A stretch of 63,984 nt of DNA, counting the filler, from Candidatus Babelota bacterium (lineage in GTDB: Bacteria; JAGOBX01), in assembly GCA_017999075.1 (NCBI GenBank). It is 10 parts of 10 records of this genome, joined end to end, with 100 filler letters (N's around TTAATTAATTAA, not from the genome) between each part and the next. Parts side by side here need not be neighbours in the genome. Positions count along the whole stretch, not along the records: positions 26,851 to 33,347 come from JAGOBX010000202.1; positions 33,448 to 39,939 come from JAGOBX010000203.1; positions 40,040 to 46,512 come from JAGOBX010000204.1; 7 more parts are not named here. The stretch is one strand, 5' to 3'. The notes beneath the pieces were generated by a model. The model ran no database searches and was not told the origin of the DNA. It saw nothing but the letters and a program-made list of their open reading frames with translations. The position numbers were made by a program, and so were the translations under genes. Shown here piece by piece: positions 29,029-40,634 of the stretch (its first letter is position 1; each line of letters opens with the position of its first letter).

Positions 29029-30034
29029 AAAAAATAAAGTGTTTATTATAGCAGAAGCAGGAGTTAATCATAACGGTTCTGTAGAACTTGCAGAAAAAAT
29101 GGTTGAGATAGCAGCTCAAGCCGGAGCAGATGCGATAAAATTCCAAACATTTAAAACTGAACTTCTTGTTTCTAAATATGCGGAAAAAGCTGAATATCAG
29201 GTTAAAAATTCAGGAGAACACGGGAATCAGATTGATATGCTGAAACCTTTAGAACTTGATTGGCAGGCACACGTTGAATTATTTAACTGCTGCAGAAAAA
29301 ATAATATTAAATTTTTGTCTTCGCCGTTTGATATTGAAAGTATAAATTTACTTGAAAAATTGAATCTTGATATTTATAAAATACCTTCAGGAGAAATTAC
29401 CAATTTACCGTATCTTAGAAAAATTGGAACATTGAAAAAAAAAGTGATTTTATCTACCGGAATGTCTGAACTGTCAGAAATAAAAGATGCGATTAATGTT
29501 TTAACTGATTCTGGAACAGATAAAGATGAGATTACACTTCTTCACTGCAATACCGATTATCCTACGAAATTTGAAGATGTGAATCTTCTAGCTATGATTG
29601 ATATTAAAGAAAAATTTGATATAAAGGTGGGATATTCTGATCATACTGCAGGAATAGAGGTTTCAATAGCAGCCGCAGCTCTTGGAGCTGAAATTATAGA
29701 AAAACATTTTACCATTGATAAAAATATGAAAGGGCCTGACCATATTGCAAGCGTTGATCCTGATGAATTAAAAAATATGGTATCAGCAATACGCAATATT
29801 GAAAAATCTATGGGGTTAAAAAATAAAGTTCCGACAAAATCCGAGTTGAAAAATAAATCAATTGCAAGAAAAAGTATTATTGCAGCTGCTGCCATAAAAA
29901 AAGGTGAAGTATTTAACGAATTTAATATATGCGTTAAAAGACCGGGAAATGGGCTGAGCCCTATGATGTGGGATAAAGTTATTGGACAGGTTGCAAAACA
30001 AAATTTTGAAGCAGATGAAAAAATAATAATATGA
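29018..30034 (+). CDS. neuB: Nonulosonic acid synthase (NeuB/LegI)
   Basis: IIAEAGVNHNG, KIPSGEITN, VGYSDHTAG, IEKHFT, C-terminal SAF domain KRPGNGLSP. Confidence 0.95.
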   Translation: METKKNKVFIIAEAGVNHNGSVELAEKMVEIAAQAGADAIKFQTFKTELLVSKYAEKAEYQVKNSGEHGNQIDMLKPLELDWQAHVELFNCCRKNNIKFLSSPFDIESINLLEKLNLDIYKIPSGEITNLPYLRKIGTLKKKVILSTGMSELSEIKDAINVLTDSGTDKDEITLLHCNTDYPTKFEDVNLLAMIDIKEKFDIKVGYSDHTAGIEVSIAAAALGAEIIEKHFTIDKNMKGPDHIASVDPDELKNMVSAIRNIEKSMGLKNKVPTKSELKNKSIARKSIIAAAAIKKGEVFNEFNICVKRPGNGLSPMMWDKVIGQVAKQNFEADEKIII

Positions 30035-30107
30035 AAAAATATTATTATAAAAAGATTGTGTTTTATATATAATAATCGAATTGCTTTATAATATAAGGTA
30101 AATAATT

Positions 30108-31271
30108 ATGAAAAAAAAAATTTGTGTTATTACAGGTTCTCGCGCAGAATACGGATTATTTTATCCGTTGCTGAAAGAAATTAAAGAAGATGATTTTTTT
30201 GAATTACAGATAATTGTTACCGGAATGCATTTATCTCCTGAATTCGGATTAACTTATAAAGAAATCTTAAAAGACGGATTTGCAATAAACGAAAAAGTTG
30301 AAATGTTATTGTCAAGCGATACAGAAGTTTCAATTGCAAAATCAACAGGACTGGGGATTATAGGTTTTTCTGAAGCATTAAACAGATTGAAACCTGATGC
30401 AATTGCAGTTTTAGGAGATAGGTTTGAAATTTTTTCCGCAGTTGCAGCTTCAGTTTTTTTGAAGATTCCTGTTATACATATTCACGGAGGAGAACTGACA
30501 GAAGGAGCTTTTGACGACCAGTTAAGACACGCTATTACAAAAATGAGTGTCCTTCATTTTACTTCATGCGAAGAATATAAAAAAAGAGTTATTCAATTAG
30601 GAGAAGATCCGGAAAATGTATTTAATTGTGGAGCGTTGGGTGTTGACAATATCTTTAATATAAAATTGTTGAATAAAAAACAGATTGAAAAAAAAATAGG
30701 ATTGGATTTAACTAAACCCACAATACTTGCAACATACCATCCTGTAACTTTAGAAAATAACACTTCTGAAAAACAATTTAGAACGATGCTGAAAGTAATT
30801 GATGAGTTGAAAAACTATAATATTATTTTTACAAAACCAAATGCCGATACTGACGGGAGAATTATTATAAAAATTATTGATGATTATGTAAATAAAAATT
30901 CTTGCCGCGCAAAATCATTTATATCGCTCGGGACTTTGAATTATCTGTCAATTCTTAGATATGTAAAATTTGTGATAGGAAATTCTTCAAGCGGAATAAT
31001 TGAAGTTCCATATTTCAATATTCCTACGGTAAATATTGGAGATAGACAAAAAGGAAGAGTTAGACCAGATACTGTTATAGATTGTTCCACAGATTATAAT
31101 GACATAAAAAACGCGGTAATAAAAGCTGTTTCAGTCGATTTTATTAAAATTTGTATGCGGTCAAAAAAAATATACGGGGAAGGAAATTCTTCAGAAAAAA
31201 TAGCTTCAATTATTAAAAAAAAATTGGAAGAAGGATTGAGATTAAAAAAACAATTTTATGATATGATTTAA
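30108..31271 (+). CDS. neuC: Hydrolysing UDP/GDP-sugar 2-epimerase (NeuC/LegG)
   Basis: ITGSRAEYGL, TGMHLSPEFG, LGDRFE, HIHGGE and GNSSSGIIE motifs. Confidence 0.95.
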   Translation: MKKKICVITGSRAEYGLFYPLLKEIKEDDFFELQIIVTGMHLSPEFGLTYKEILKDGFAINEKVEMLLSSDTEVSIAKSTGLGIIGFSEALNRLKPDAIAVLGDRFEIFSAVAASVFLKIPVIHIHGGELTEGAFDDQLRHAITKMSVLHFTSCEEYKKRVIQLGEDPENVFNCGALGVDNIFNIKLLNKKQIEKKIGLDLTKPTILATYHPVTLENNTSEKQFRTMLKVIDELKNYNIIFTKPNADTDGRIIIKIIDDYVNKNSCRAKSFISLGTLNYLSILRYVKFVIGNSSSGIIEVPYFNIPTVNIGDRQKGRVRPDTVIDCSTDYNDIKNAVIKAVSVDFIKICMRSKKIYGEGNSSEKIASIIKKKLEEGLRLKKQFYDMI

Positions 31272-31298
31272 ATTTTGAAATATGAGGCATCAGATAAA

Positions 31299-32018
31299 AT
31301 GTATAAAGAAAAAAAAATTTTAGCGTTAATACCCGCTCGAGGCGGGTCGAAAGGCCTGCCTGGAAAGAATTTGAAAAAATTGTGCGGTATTCATCTAATC
31401 GGATGGACGATAAATCATGCAAAATCAAGCGTTTTAATTGATAAAATTATTGTCAGCACTGACTCACAGGAAATATCTGAAATATCGAAACAATATGGGG
31501 CGGAAGTCCCTTTTTTAAGGCCTGATTATCTTGCTTCTGATTCGAGTAAAGTGATAGATACTATATTTCATTGCTTGGATTATTATGGAAAATCAGGTGA
31601 AAAATTTGATTATGTATTATTGCTTGAACCGACTTCTCCATTAAGAAAAAAAAATGATATTGACAATGCATTGAAACTTATTATTGATAATGAAAATAGA
31701 GCTGACAGCTGTATAAGCGTAGGTGAAATTGCTCTTGAACATCCTGTTTATTCTAAAAAAATTGATTCTGAAGGTTTTGTTAAGCCTTATATTGAAAATG
31801 ATAAAACTTCTCAAATGAGACAATTTTTGTCAAAAGCATATTTTCCTTACGGGGTAGTGTATATTTCTAAAGTTGATTCTATGAAAAAATATAATGAAGT
31901 ATATTCGGGAAATATAATTCCTTATATCATTGAGCGCTGGCAGAATTATGAAATAAATGATATATATGATTTTTTATGCGTTGAAACTATTATGAAACAT
32001 CGTGAAAATGAACTATAA
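31299..32018 (+). CDS. neuA: CMP-nonulosonate synthetase (NeuA/LegF)
   Basis: IPARGGSKGLPGKN, VSTDS, VPFLRP and LLEPTSPLR motifs. Confidence 0.93.
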   Translation: MYKEKKILALIPARGGSKGLPGKNLKKLCGIHLIGWTINHAKSSVLIDKIIVSTDSQEISEISKQYGAEVPFLRPDYLASDSSKVIDTIFHCLDYYGKSGEKFDYVLLLEPTSPLRKKNDIDNALKLIIDNENRADSCISVGEIALEHPVYSKKIDSEGFVKPYIENDKTSQMRQFLSKAYFPYGVVYISKVDSMKKYNEVYSGNIIPYIIERWQNYEINDIYDFLCVETIMKHRENEL

Positions 32019-32095
32019 AAATGACAGGTTAATATTAATATAAAAATAGCCAGACATTTTTGGTTTTACTGAATTTTGGCGGAGGAGCTGAAAAT

Positions 32096-33067
32096 ATGAA
32101 ATTTTTAGTTATAGGACTTGGCTCAATGGGAAAGCGCAGGATAAGATGCCTTAAATCATTGGGATATTCAAATATTTCGGGTTTTGATTTAAGAAAAGAC
32201 AGGGTTAGCGAATCATTGGAAAAGTATGAAATAAATTTTTTACAATCAATAAATGATGAGCAAATAAAAAAATTTGATGCGTTAATTATATCTACTCCGC
32301 CTGACAATCATTTGGATTATTTAAAACTTGCGGTTAAAAACAAAATTCCTGTTTTTGTTGAAGCGAGCGTTATATTGGCTGGGCTTAATGAATTGAAAGA
32401 AGCAGCTTTGAAAAACAATGTATTTATAGCGCCGTCCTGCACATTGAAGTTTCATCCTGTTATAAAAGAAATAATGAAAATTGTAAAATCCAAAAGATAT
32501 GGATCAATAACAAATTTTTCTTATCATTCAGGTCAGTATTTGCCTGACTGGCATCCTTGGGAAAAAGTGACAGATTATTACGTTTCTAAAAAAGAAACCG
32601 GAGGATGCCGTGAGATTGTACCGTTTGAACTTACATGGCTTACGGAGATAATTGGATTCCCTGAAAAAATTTTTTCCTGTTATGGCAAAACAATGAATGT
32701 CGGAGCAGACATAGATGATACCTATGCAATATCAATGAAATGCAGAGACTGTTTCGGAGTTTTGATAGTTGATGTAACTTCAAGATTTGGAGTTAGAAAT
32801 TTAGTTATTAATTTTGAGCTTGCACAGATTCAATGGAGATGGGACGATGGGTATTTTAAATTGTTCGAATCTGAAGAAAACAGATGGATAATATATAATC
32901 AGCCTGAATACAGCGCAGCTCAGGGTTACAACAAAAATATTATAGAACAGATGTATATAGACGAAATTTCGAGTTTTATAAATGGGATACCAAACCCTGA
33001 AAATTATCCTAATTCTCTGAGTAATGATATAAAAATTCTGGAATTACTTGATAAAATCGAGAGTTAA
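32096..33067 (+). CDS. Gfo/Idh/MocA family oxidoreductase
   Basis: Rossmann LVIGLGSMGKRR, ISTPPD.H and GQYLPDWHPW motifs; GGAGG RBS before ATG 32096. Confidence 0.88.
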   Translation: MKFLVIGLGSMGKRRIRCLKSLGYSNISGFDLRKDRVSESLEKYEINFLQSINDEQIKKFDALIISTPPDNHLDYLKLAVKNKIPVFVEASVILAGLNELKEAALKNNVFIAPSCTLKFHPVIKEIMKIVKSKRYGSITNFSYHSGQYLPDWHPWEKVTDYYVSKKETGGCREIVPFELTWLTEIIGFPEKIFSCYGKTMNVGADIDDTYAISMKCRDCFGVLIVDVTSRFGVRNLVINFELAQIQWRWDDGYFKLFESEENRWIIYNQPEYSAAQGYNKNIIEQMYIDEISSFINGIPNPENYPNSLSNDIKILELLDKIES

Positions 33068-33154
33068 AAATATTTGAAAAAATAATTTTTAATTTTTTTT
33101 GTGAATAATTGATATTTTTGATTATGTATTTTATAATTAGGAGTTGTATTTTAT

Positions 33155-33347
33155 ATGGCAAAAAAAGATTTTAGTAGCCGTTTGCATGCGGTAATACCTG
33201 CTGGAGCTCATACTTACAGCAGAGGCGATGATCAATATCCGGAAAATGCTCCTCAGATTCTTGAACGTGGTGAAGGATGTTTTTTATGGGACGGAAATGG
33301 GAAAAAGTATCTTGATTATGGAATGGCTCTTCGCGCAGTTACAGTCC
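33155..33347 (+). CDS. Class III (glutamate-1-semialdehyde aminomutase-like) aminotransferase, truncated
   Basis: IPAGAHTYSRGDDQYP and RGEGCFLWDGNGKKYLDY motifs. Confidence 0.85.
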
Positions 33348-33447
33348 NNNNNNNNNNNNNNNNNNNNNNNNNNNNNNNNNNNNNNNNNNNNTTAATTAAT
33401 TAANNNNNNNNNNNNNNNNNNNNNNNNNNNNNNNNNNNNNNNNNNNN

Positions 33448-36400
33448 ATGGAAGATAATGAAGTGAATCAAAGGGGATAATACATATATATTTTTTATCA
33501 GAAATATATTTTACTGCAGGTTCGAACAATACAGAATACAATTTTTCAGCACTTTCTTCAATATAAGCTTTATTCTGAATTCTTATTATAAAATCAGTTA
33601 CAGAATTTTTAACGTCAAAATTTATAGGAAGTTTTGTTTCAACAAAATCGAATTTTTCTTTTGAAATTATCCAAATATAAATAAAATTTGTATCTGAATA
33701 ATATTCAAGAAAAACTGTTTCTGTATCAATATAATTTTTCAATTCTGAATATGTCAAAACATTAACATTAATTACAGATTCTATTTCAGGGTTTATAAGT
33801 TTCATTTTAAGCAAAGACTCGGAATTTTCAATTTCTAATTTTGAAATTTGTTCTTTGATAATATTTTTTTTCCATTCAGCAGGTTCATAATTAATCTGTT
33901 TGTTATAATTATCAATAAATATTTTATTTGATATAATTTTTGCATACAGTTTATCAATTTCTTTGTTGTTAAACCTGATTTTATGGTTTCCAAGCAAATC
34001 TATTAAACTTCTTGATTTAAATCTTTCAAGATATTCAAATGCTTTTACAAAATCTCCTGTTTCAATATATAAAGAAATAATTTTATCATAAACATTTTTT
34101 TTATCAGTTACAAACCCGTTTTTAAGTTCTTCAATTTTCATATTGCTTCTCATTTTTTCTATTATATCAATTGCTTCGCTTAAAAATAAAATTGATTTTT
34201 TTTTGTCAATTTTTTCAATGCATAACGCTTTTCCATAAATAGAGCGCCATTCAACTTCTTTAATTCCAATTTTTTTTGAAGATTCAAAGGATTTATTATA
34301 CCAATCTTGAGAAACTTCATAATTTTCTATTTTAAAAAACAGGTTGCCGAGTTCTAAAGCACATTTAACTTTATTTATATGATTATTTATTTCTGAACTT
34401 ATTGAATAAGCAGATTCAAGGCAATCTTTCGCTTTTTGGAAATCATTTAAAGCAAGATATGCTATTCCCAAATTTCTGTAATCATATCCTAAAGCCCACC
34501 GAGATTTAAGTTTGCGGTCTATTTCGATAGCCTGATTTAGATATTCAATGGAATCAGCATATTTTTTTTGAGAATTTAGAACGATAGCCATATTGTTTAA
34601 AGTTGAAGATACATCATTATATTTTTTTAATTTTTTTGAAATACTAACCGATAAATTAAAATAATAAATGGCTTTATCATAATTATTCAAAGTCCAATAA
34701 ATCAAACCTAAAGTATTATATGAAATATATAATTGCTGTTCATCTTCATTTTTTTTTGCCATATCAGCAGATTTAAAAGAATAATCAAATGCCTGTTTGT
34801 AATCGCCTTCATACCAAAATGTATTTCCAAAATTCTGGTAAATTTCAGGAATCATATATGTAATTTTTTTTTCGTTTACTATATTCAGCGCTTTACCGTA
34901 CATATCCCTGCTTTCGTTAAATTTTCCCAATTGCTCTAAAACCAACCCGATATCAATCAATGTTCTGGAAACTTTTTCATAATCTTTTTTTTCTTCATAA
35001 TATTCAAGAGATTTTCTGAAATATTCTTCTGATTTTATATAATCGTTAAGTCTCAAATAATATATTTTTCCAAGTCTTGAATATTGTTCTCCTAAAATTT
35101 CAATTTTATCAGTAGCAGATATTATATTTTCAATATAACTTACAGCATTTATATATTCACCTTTAAATTCATTAGTTTTTGCCAATTCTGTTTTTGCGCT
35201 AATAATAAATTTAGAATCTTGGGTATTATATTTTAATGCTTCATTAAAACAATATGCTGCCGAATCATATTCCTCGTTCATAGAATAAAATATTCCGAGA
35301 TTATATAATTCCCTCGAAAAATCGGTTGGTGATAAATTTGACACACGAATATATTCATTTTGATAAAACGCTGATTTGTTGTAATTTTCTGAATTAAACG
35401 CGCATTTAACAGCAAATTTCAGGTATTTTTTTATAAGTTCATTTTCATATAAAACAACCTTGTTCATACTTATAACTCTTTCCATATTTGACAGTGACTG
35501 AGTATAATTCTTTTTTTCAAATTCTTCAGCTGCAGTCTGTATGAGTTCATCTGTTTTTGTTTTTGCAAGTTCGATTTTTTCTGTATCCGAAAAATTTCCA
35601 GATCCGTAAACATATATTTTTTTATTACCGGGTATTGTTAAATCCCGATAATTGAATTTTTCCAAAGAATAATCAGGCTCATTGTTAAAAACAATATTTG
35701 ATATTCCTGATTCAATTAAGGATAATAATATACAATTAAAAACAGAAGAATTAATATCTCCGCACCTCAGTTTTCTTAAAATCAGATAATTAACATTTAT
35801 TACACCAGCATCTCTAAAAAAATTTATTCCTGTGTTAAATCCTGTTTTAAAATCAGCTATTTTTGATTTACTTATGTCTTTAGAATTCATTTCAAGATCC
35901 GCATCTATAATTAAAATATCATAATCTTTATCATTAACAAAATTATTAATGTTTTCATTGTTTATCAGTTTTATTCTTTCGTTGAAAATAGTCTGATTTT
36001 CTTTTGCTTTTATAAATCCCGTTATTGAAGGAACCAATATCCGATTTTTCCCAAACCTAAAAATATCGTCACTTTTATAATTAACTAATATTAGATAAGC
36101 GCCGCCGCCGATGTTATCTAAAACGTCCAAATTATCATTTTCTGTTATATAATTTCCGCATTTCATACCGTTTTGGTCTGCAGTTATTAAATATTCCTCC
36201 ATTCCGGTATTGTAAAGAATATTAAACTTTTTTTCTTCGCCGATTAAACTTTGAAAGTAATAAATATCTTCTTCTCCTGCAATTTTAAAAAATAGATTTT
36301 CATTGTGTTTCAAAACATAATTTAAACAATTCAAATACCTGTCTATATAAACAAGCGCCTGTATACAATCCTGTTTTTTTAAAAAAAAATTAATAATTTT

Positions 36401-39400
36401 ATTGTATAAATCGAATAATATTTTTTCATTTACAAATCTGTATCCGTTATTTTGAATATAAGAAACTTCTTTAAGAAATCCAGTGAGATTTTGTTCATAA
36501 TTCTTCAATTTTTCAATTTCTGAAGTATAATAAAAATTCAACCAAGTTATTGCACTTTCTGAAGACAATATATTGGAATCTGAAAAGTTTGATTCTACAG
36601 TTTTTATATTCAAATCATTTATTTCATTTAACAATAAAATCATTTTATCTTGAACTTTAATTTCTGAAAATGCTTCTTTTAAATTTTTAAGATATTTAAC
36701 TGCATTTTTTTTATTTTCATCCAGTTTTACATATTCATTAAATAATCTTATGTTTCCGGTATCAAATTTTTCTGCCGAAAAAATATTATTTAAAACTTTT
36801 TCTATTTCAGGAACAGAGTATGTAAATTCCTGAAAATAAAAAAATGCAAATGCAGATAATACCGGAAAATCAAAATATATGTTTTTTTTGGAAACTAATT
36901 CATAATATTTTTCCATTTTATAAATAAGTTTTTCTTTTTCCCGGCTATTCATATTTTCAAGATATGATGCCATCAGTATCAGATTAATATATATGCCATT
37001 GTCATCTTTAATGATTCCGCTTAATTTTATTGCAGATTCTGCATAAAACACAGCACTGTCAGTATTATTTTTTAAAAAATATATTTTTGAAATATTGTTG
37101 TATAATATAGCTTTTTCAAGATATAATCCGGGAGAATTTTCAGGAGTTATATTTTCAGGAATACATTCTAGCCGTTTAAATAACGTTTCGAGTGATTTAT
37201 CTTCATTTCCGTAAAGTTTATAGAATTCATTGGCAAGCATATACAAAAATTTTTGTTCTGTCAAATAATCAAGACCTTCTTCGCTACGCGCATCGCTGCT
37301 TTGATCTGATTGTCTCGTTAAATTAAATTTGATATTTATCAAAGCTTCTTTTTTAGATAATACAGAACTGAAACTTTCAGAATAATATTTTTCAGCTTCA
37401 TTTATTAGAATTGATGCCTGATTTTTCATTTTTAATTTTTCAATCTCATTAATAAAACTGCCCGGATCTGTCAAATAATTCATCATAAAAAGAAGAACTG
37501 ATCTTTTATTATAATATTTTTTTTGCGGAGACATATTTTCAGCTTCAAATTCTGCCGCCCTGTTCAAAATTTCCATTGCATTCGAATATTTCCCCGCAGA
37601 ATAATAAATCAAAGATAACTTTTCCATACACATTCTTGCAGTTTCATTATCTGGAGACATATTCAAAACTTTAATATAATAAAATTCAGCATTCTGATAA
37701 TCATTCATGATAAAAGCCGAATATGCGTAATTTATAAAAAAAACAATTTGGCGGTTTTTATCTTCTTCAAAAAAATTGTCATACATTTCTATTCTTCTGT
37801 TATAATAACGATATGCCATTTCATAATTTTTTATATGATAATACACATTTCCAATATTAGTTAAAAGTTCTGTTTTGGTTCTGTAATTTTCATCTTCGGT
37901 CAGCGCAAACGCAGTTTTATAATAATCAATGGAATATTCAAATCGGCCGTGTTTGTTTAAAACAAGTTCAAGTTGTTCATTAATCCATCCCAGTAACTGA
38001 TAGTAATAACTGATTCGGGGTTTGAGTCTGATTGATTCCAATACCATTTTTTCAGAACGTTCTAAATTTTTTTTCCAATCTTTTTTATAAGTAAGCAGTA
38101 AAGAAACCGCATAATTAATTGCGGCAGCCTCTTCATCTACTGCAACCCTTGTTTTTAAAAAGTTATCATATATTTTTTCAATTTCTTCTGTTCTGCCAAG
38201 CATATTGCCCAGTTTTATTAATTCACGATGGGCTCGCACATAAGCGGTATCAAATTCAATAAGTCTATAAAAAGTTTTAAAAGCTTTTTCATAATCTCCG
38301 GTTCTTTCTTCATATATACCTTTATCAAACATCTTCTGTTTGAATTTTTCTTCCGACTTATATTTTTTTTCAGACAATTTTGAATCGTTGTCAACAGCAG
38401 CCTTATAATATTGCAGACTTTTTTCATAATTTTCTTCTGAAAATAAAATATCGCCAATTTTTATATTTGCTTCGCTTATTTCCATAAACGATTCAGGATA
38501 ATTTTTTATAACATCTGTTAAAATTTTTTTAGCAAGATGATTTTCATTAGATAAATAAGCGAGTTCGGATGCCTTAAAAAGAAATTTGGAGGATAATTTA
38601 CTTATTCCCCGGCTCTTATCTGCAAGTTCAGTCAAATAATTTATTATTGAAATTTTTGCCGTATTTTTTTTTTCGTCTGAATAATATTGAACGACATTAT
38701 TTAGTGCTTTATCAGTAATCAGATTGGAATAATCATATTTTTTAAGAAGTTCAGTCATTATTGCTATATAACTATTTTCCTGACCGATATTTCTGTATAT
38801 TTCTGCTTTTTTATATAATAACCTTGCAGATACTGGAGTATCATTTTTTATATTAAAAAAAATTGTATCGTATAAAATAACGGCGTCAGTTAAATTGTCG
38901 TTTTCTGAAGTCAAGTCTGCAAGAAGTTCCGTTGATTTATTTCTTATTCTTTCATTTTTTGAATTTTTAAAAAGATTTTTAAGTGAATTTTCATAAAAAG
39001 TTTTCATTCGTTTTTTCTCAAAATTCGATTTATTTTCCAATTTCATATAATATTCCGAAACAAGTTTTATTATAAAATTAAGATTTTCATCCGCATAATA
39101 GTTTGACAATAAAGATAGATCTCTGTATTTCTTTAGAAATAAATAATAATCCATCAATCCGTCTATCAACTTGTATTTATCATTACTGTCAAGCTTATCA
39201 AATTTTAGTTCTAAATATTTTTTGATAATATATTTTTTCAGATTTTCATCAATTGCGCCTTCAGCTAAATTAAGCAGATTCAGGATATATTCTACTGAAT
39301 ATTCGGAGATAATTTCGGATTTCAATGATTCCGTCCCTTTTAATAAAAATACATCGCGCGAACTTCTTCTGGTTTTATGTCCTGATTTATAAGAAATATA

Positions 39401-39939
39401 ATACAAATTTCCGTTAATAATGGACGGATCAATTATATCAATATCAGAAACAGAACATTGAACTATTTGTTTTTTTAAAGAATTTACATCAACCACTCTG
39501 TATAAAATATTTGTTTTAGAATTATCATCGTACTCAGTGAAATATAATGATTTTTTTATATCAGTTGTTATCAAATAATTCAGTTTGCAGTCAGAATCAT
39601 ATATTTTTTTTATTTCACCGGTATCTATAAGTTTTGTATTTATACTGTAGCTGTCCGATTTTGTTATATAAAAAATCGACTTATTATCATTTGAAACACA
39701 TATCGAAATGATATTACTGTCAGTTAATATTTCTGTTTCAGAAAAATTTTTAAGATTTATTTTTTTTATTTTAGTTTCTGTTACAGAAATACTTTTTTTA
39801 TCTTTTTGGCAGAAAAATAAAAAGTTTCCATCCGAACTAAAAACAGGCATAAATTCTATTGTTTCATTGAGAATAATTTCATTACGTGAAATTATATTGT
39901 AGTTAGTATAACATCTAATTAACTCTATTTTTCCTCCCG
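33448..39939 (-). CDS. Giant PD40-propeller / TPR / CHAT (caspase-like) protein, open at both contig ends
   Basis: Frame is open across the whole contig (>2160 codons). PVFSSDGNFLFF PD40-like repeat, long TPR arrays, AFEYLERFKSRSLIDLL, and CHAT entry KLYSVLFEP...IIPFDSLHYLP. Confidence 0.88.
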
Positions 39940-40039
39940 NNNNNNNNNNNNNNNNNNNNNNNNNNNNNNNNNNNNNNNNNNNNTTAATTAATTAANNNNN
40001 NNNNNNNNNNNNNNNNNNNNNNNNNNNNNNNNNNNNNNN

Positions 40040-40634
40040 GTCATATACAGCTGTGAATTTTGAATTATTTGATTTTAATACGTCAAATCACATAAGCGGA
40101 TTAAGTGAAGCGTTTAATAATTTGAAATTGAAATACAGGCTGCCTTCAGGTGTAAATAAATTTAACGGCAGATTATTTGCAATATTTCAGTATAACGAGG
40201 AATTGCGCCAATGGCATCAGATCTCGCCTTCTTATCAGTATAATATTTTATCAGGGATTGAAGTTGAGATTCAGATTTCGCATTTTTCAATTTACGGATT
40301 ATTTGCGATTCCTTATTTTGAACAATCGGGCGACGTTGAAATATATCCGAATCCGTTTATAGCAGGCGACAGAAATTTCAAGACAGGAAGAAATTATACA
40401 GGAACTGACGACGGCAGCGGAATATATTTTGCCGGAAGCAATTTGAAAAATGCTAATGTAAAAATTGTTAATCTTGCCGGTTATGTGGTGAATGAATTTA
40501 ATACTGGCGGAGAAAGTTATTTTCAATGGGATGTTTTTGACAGAAAGGGAAGACCTGTGTCTTCTGGTCTGTATTATGTTATTATTGAGACTGGAAATTA
40601 TAAATGCGTAAAAAAATTACAAATTATTCGTTAA
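40040..40634 (+). CDS. Secreted protein C-terminus with T9SS type A / FlgD-Ig sorting domain (5' truncated)
   Basis: ISHFSIY, IYPNPF, VKIVNLAG..V, WD..DRKGRPVSSGLY and terminal KKLQIIR. Confidence 0.8.

Noticed and set aside
21367-33347. Flagellin glycosylation island (flagellins next to the legionaminic acid cluster)
   Set aside because: They are on different contigs separated by a linker. A functional link is possible but adjacency does not support it.
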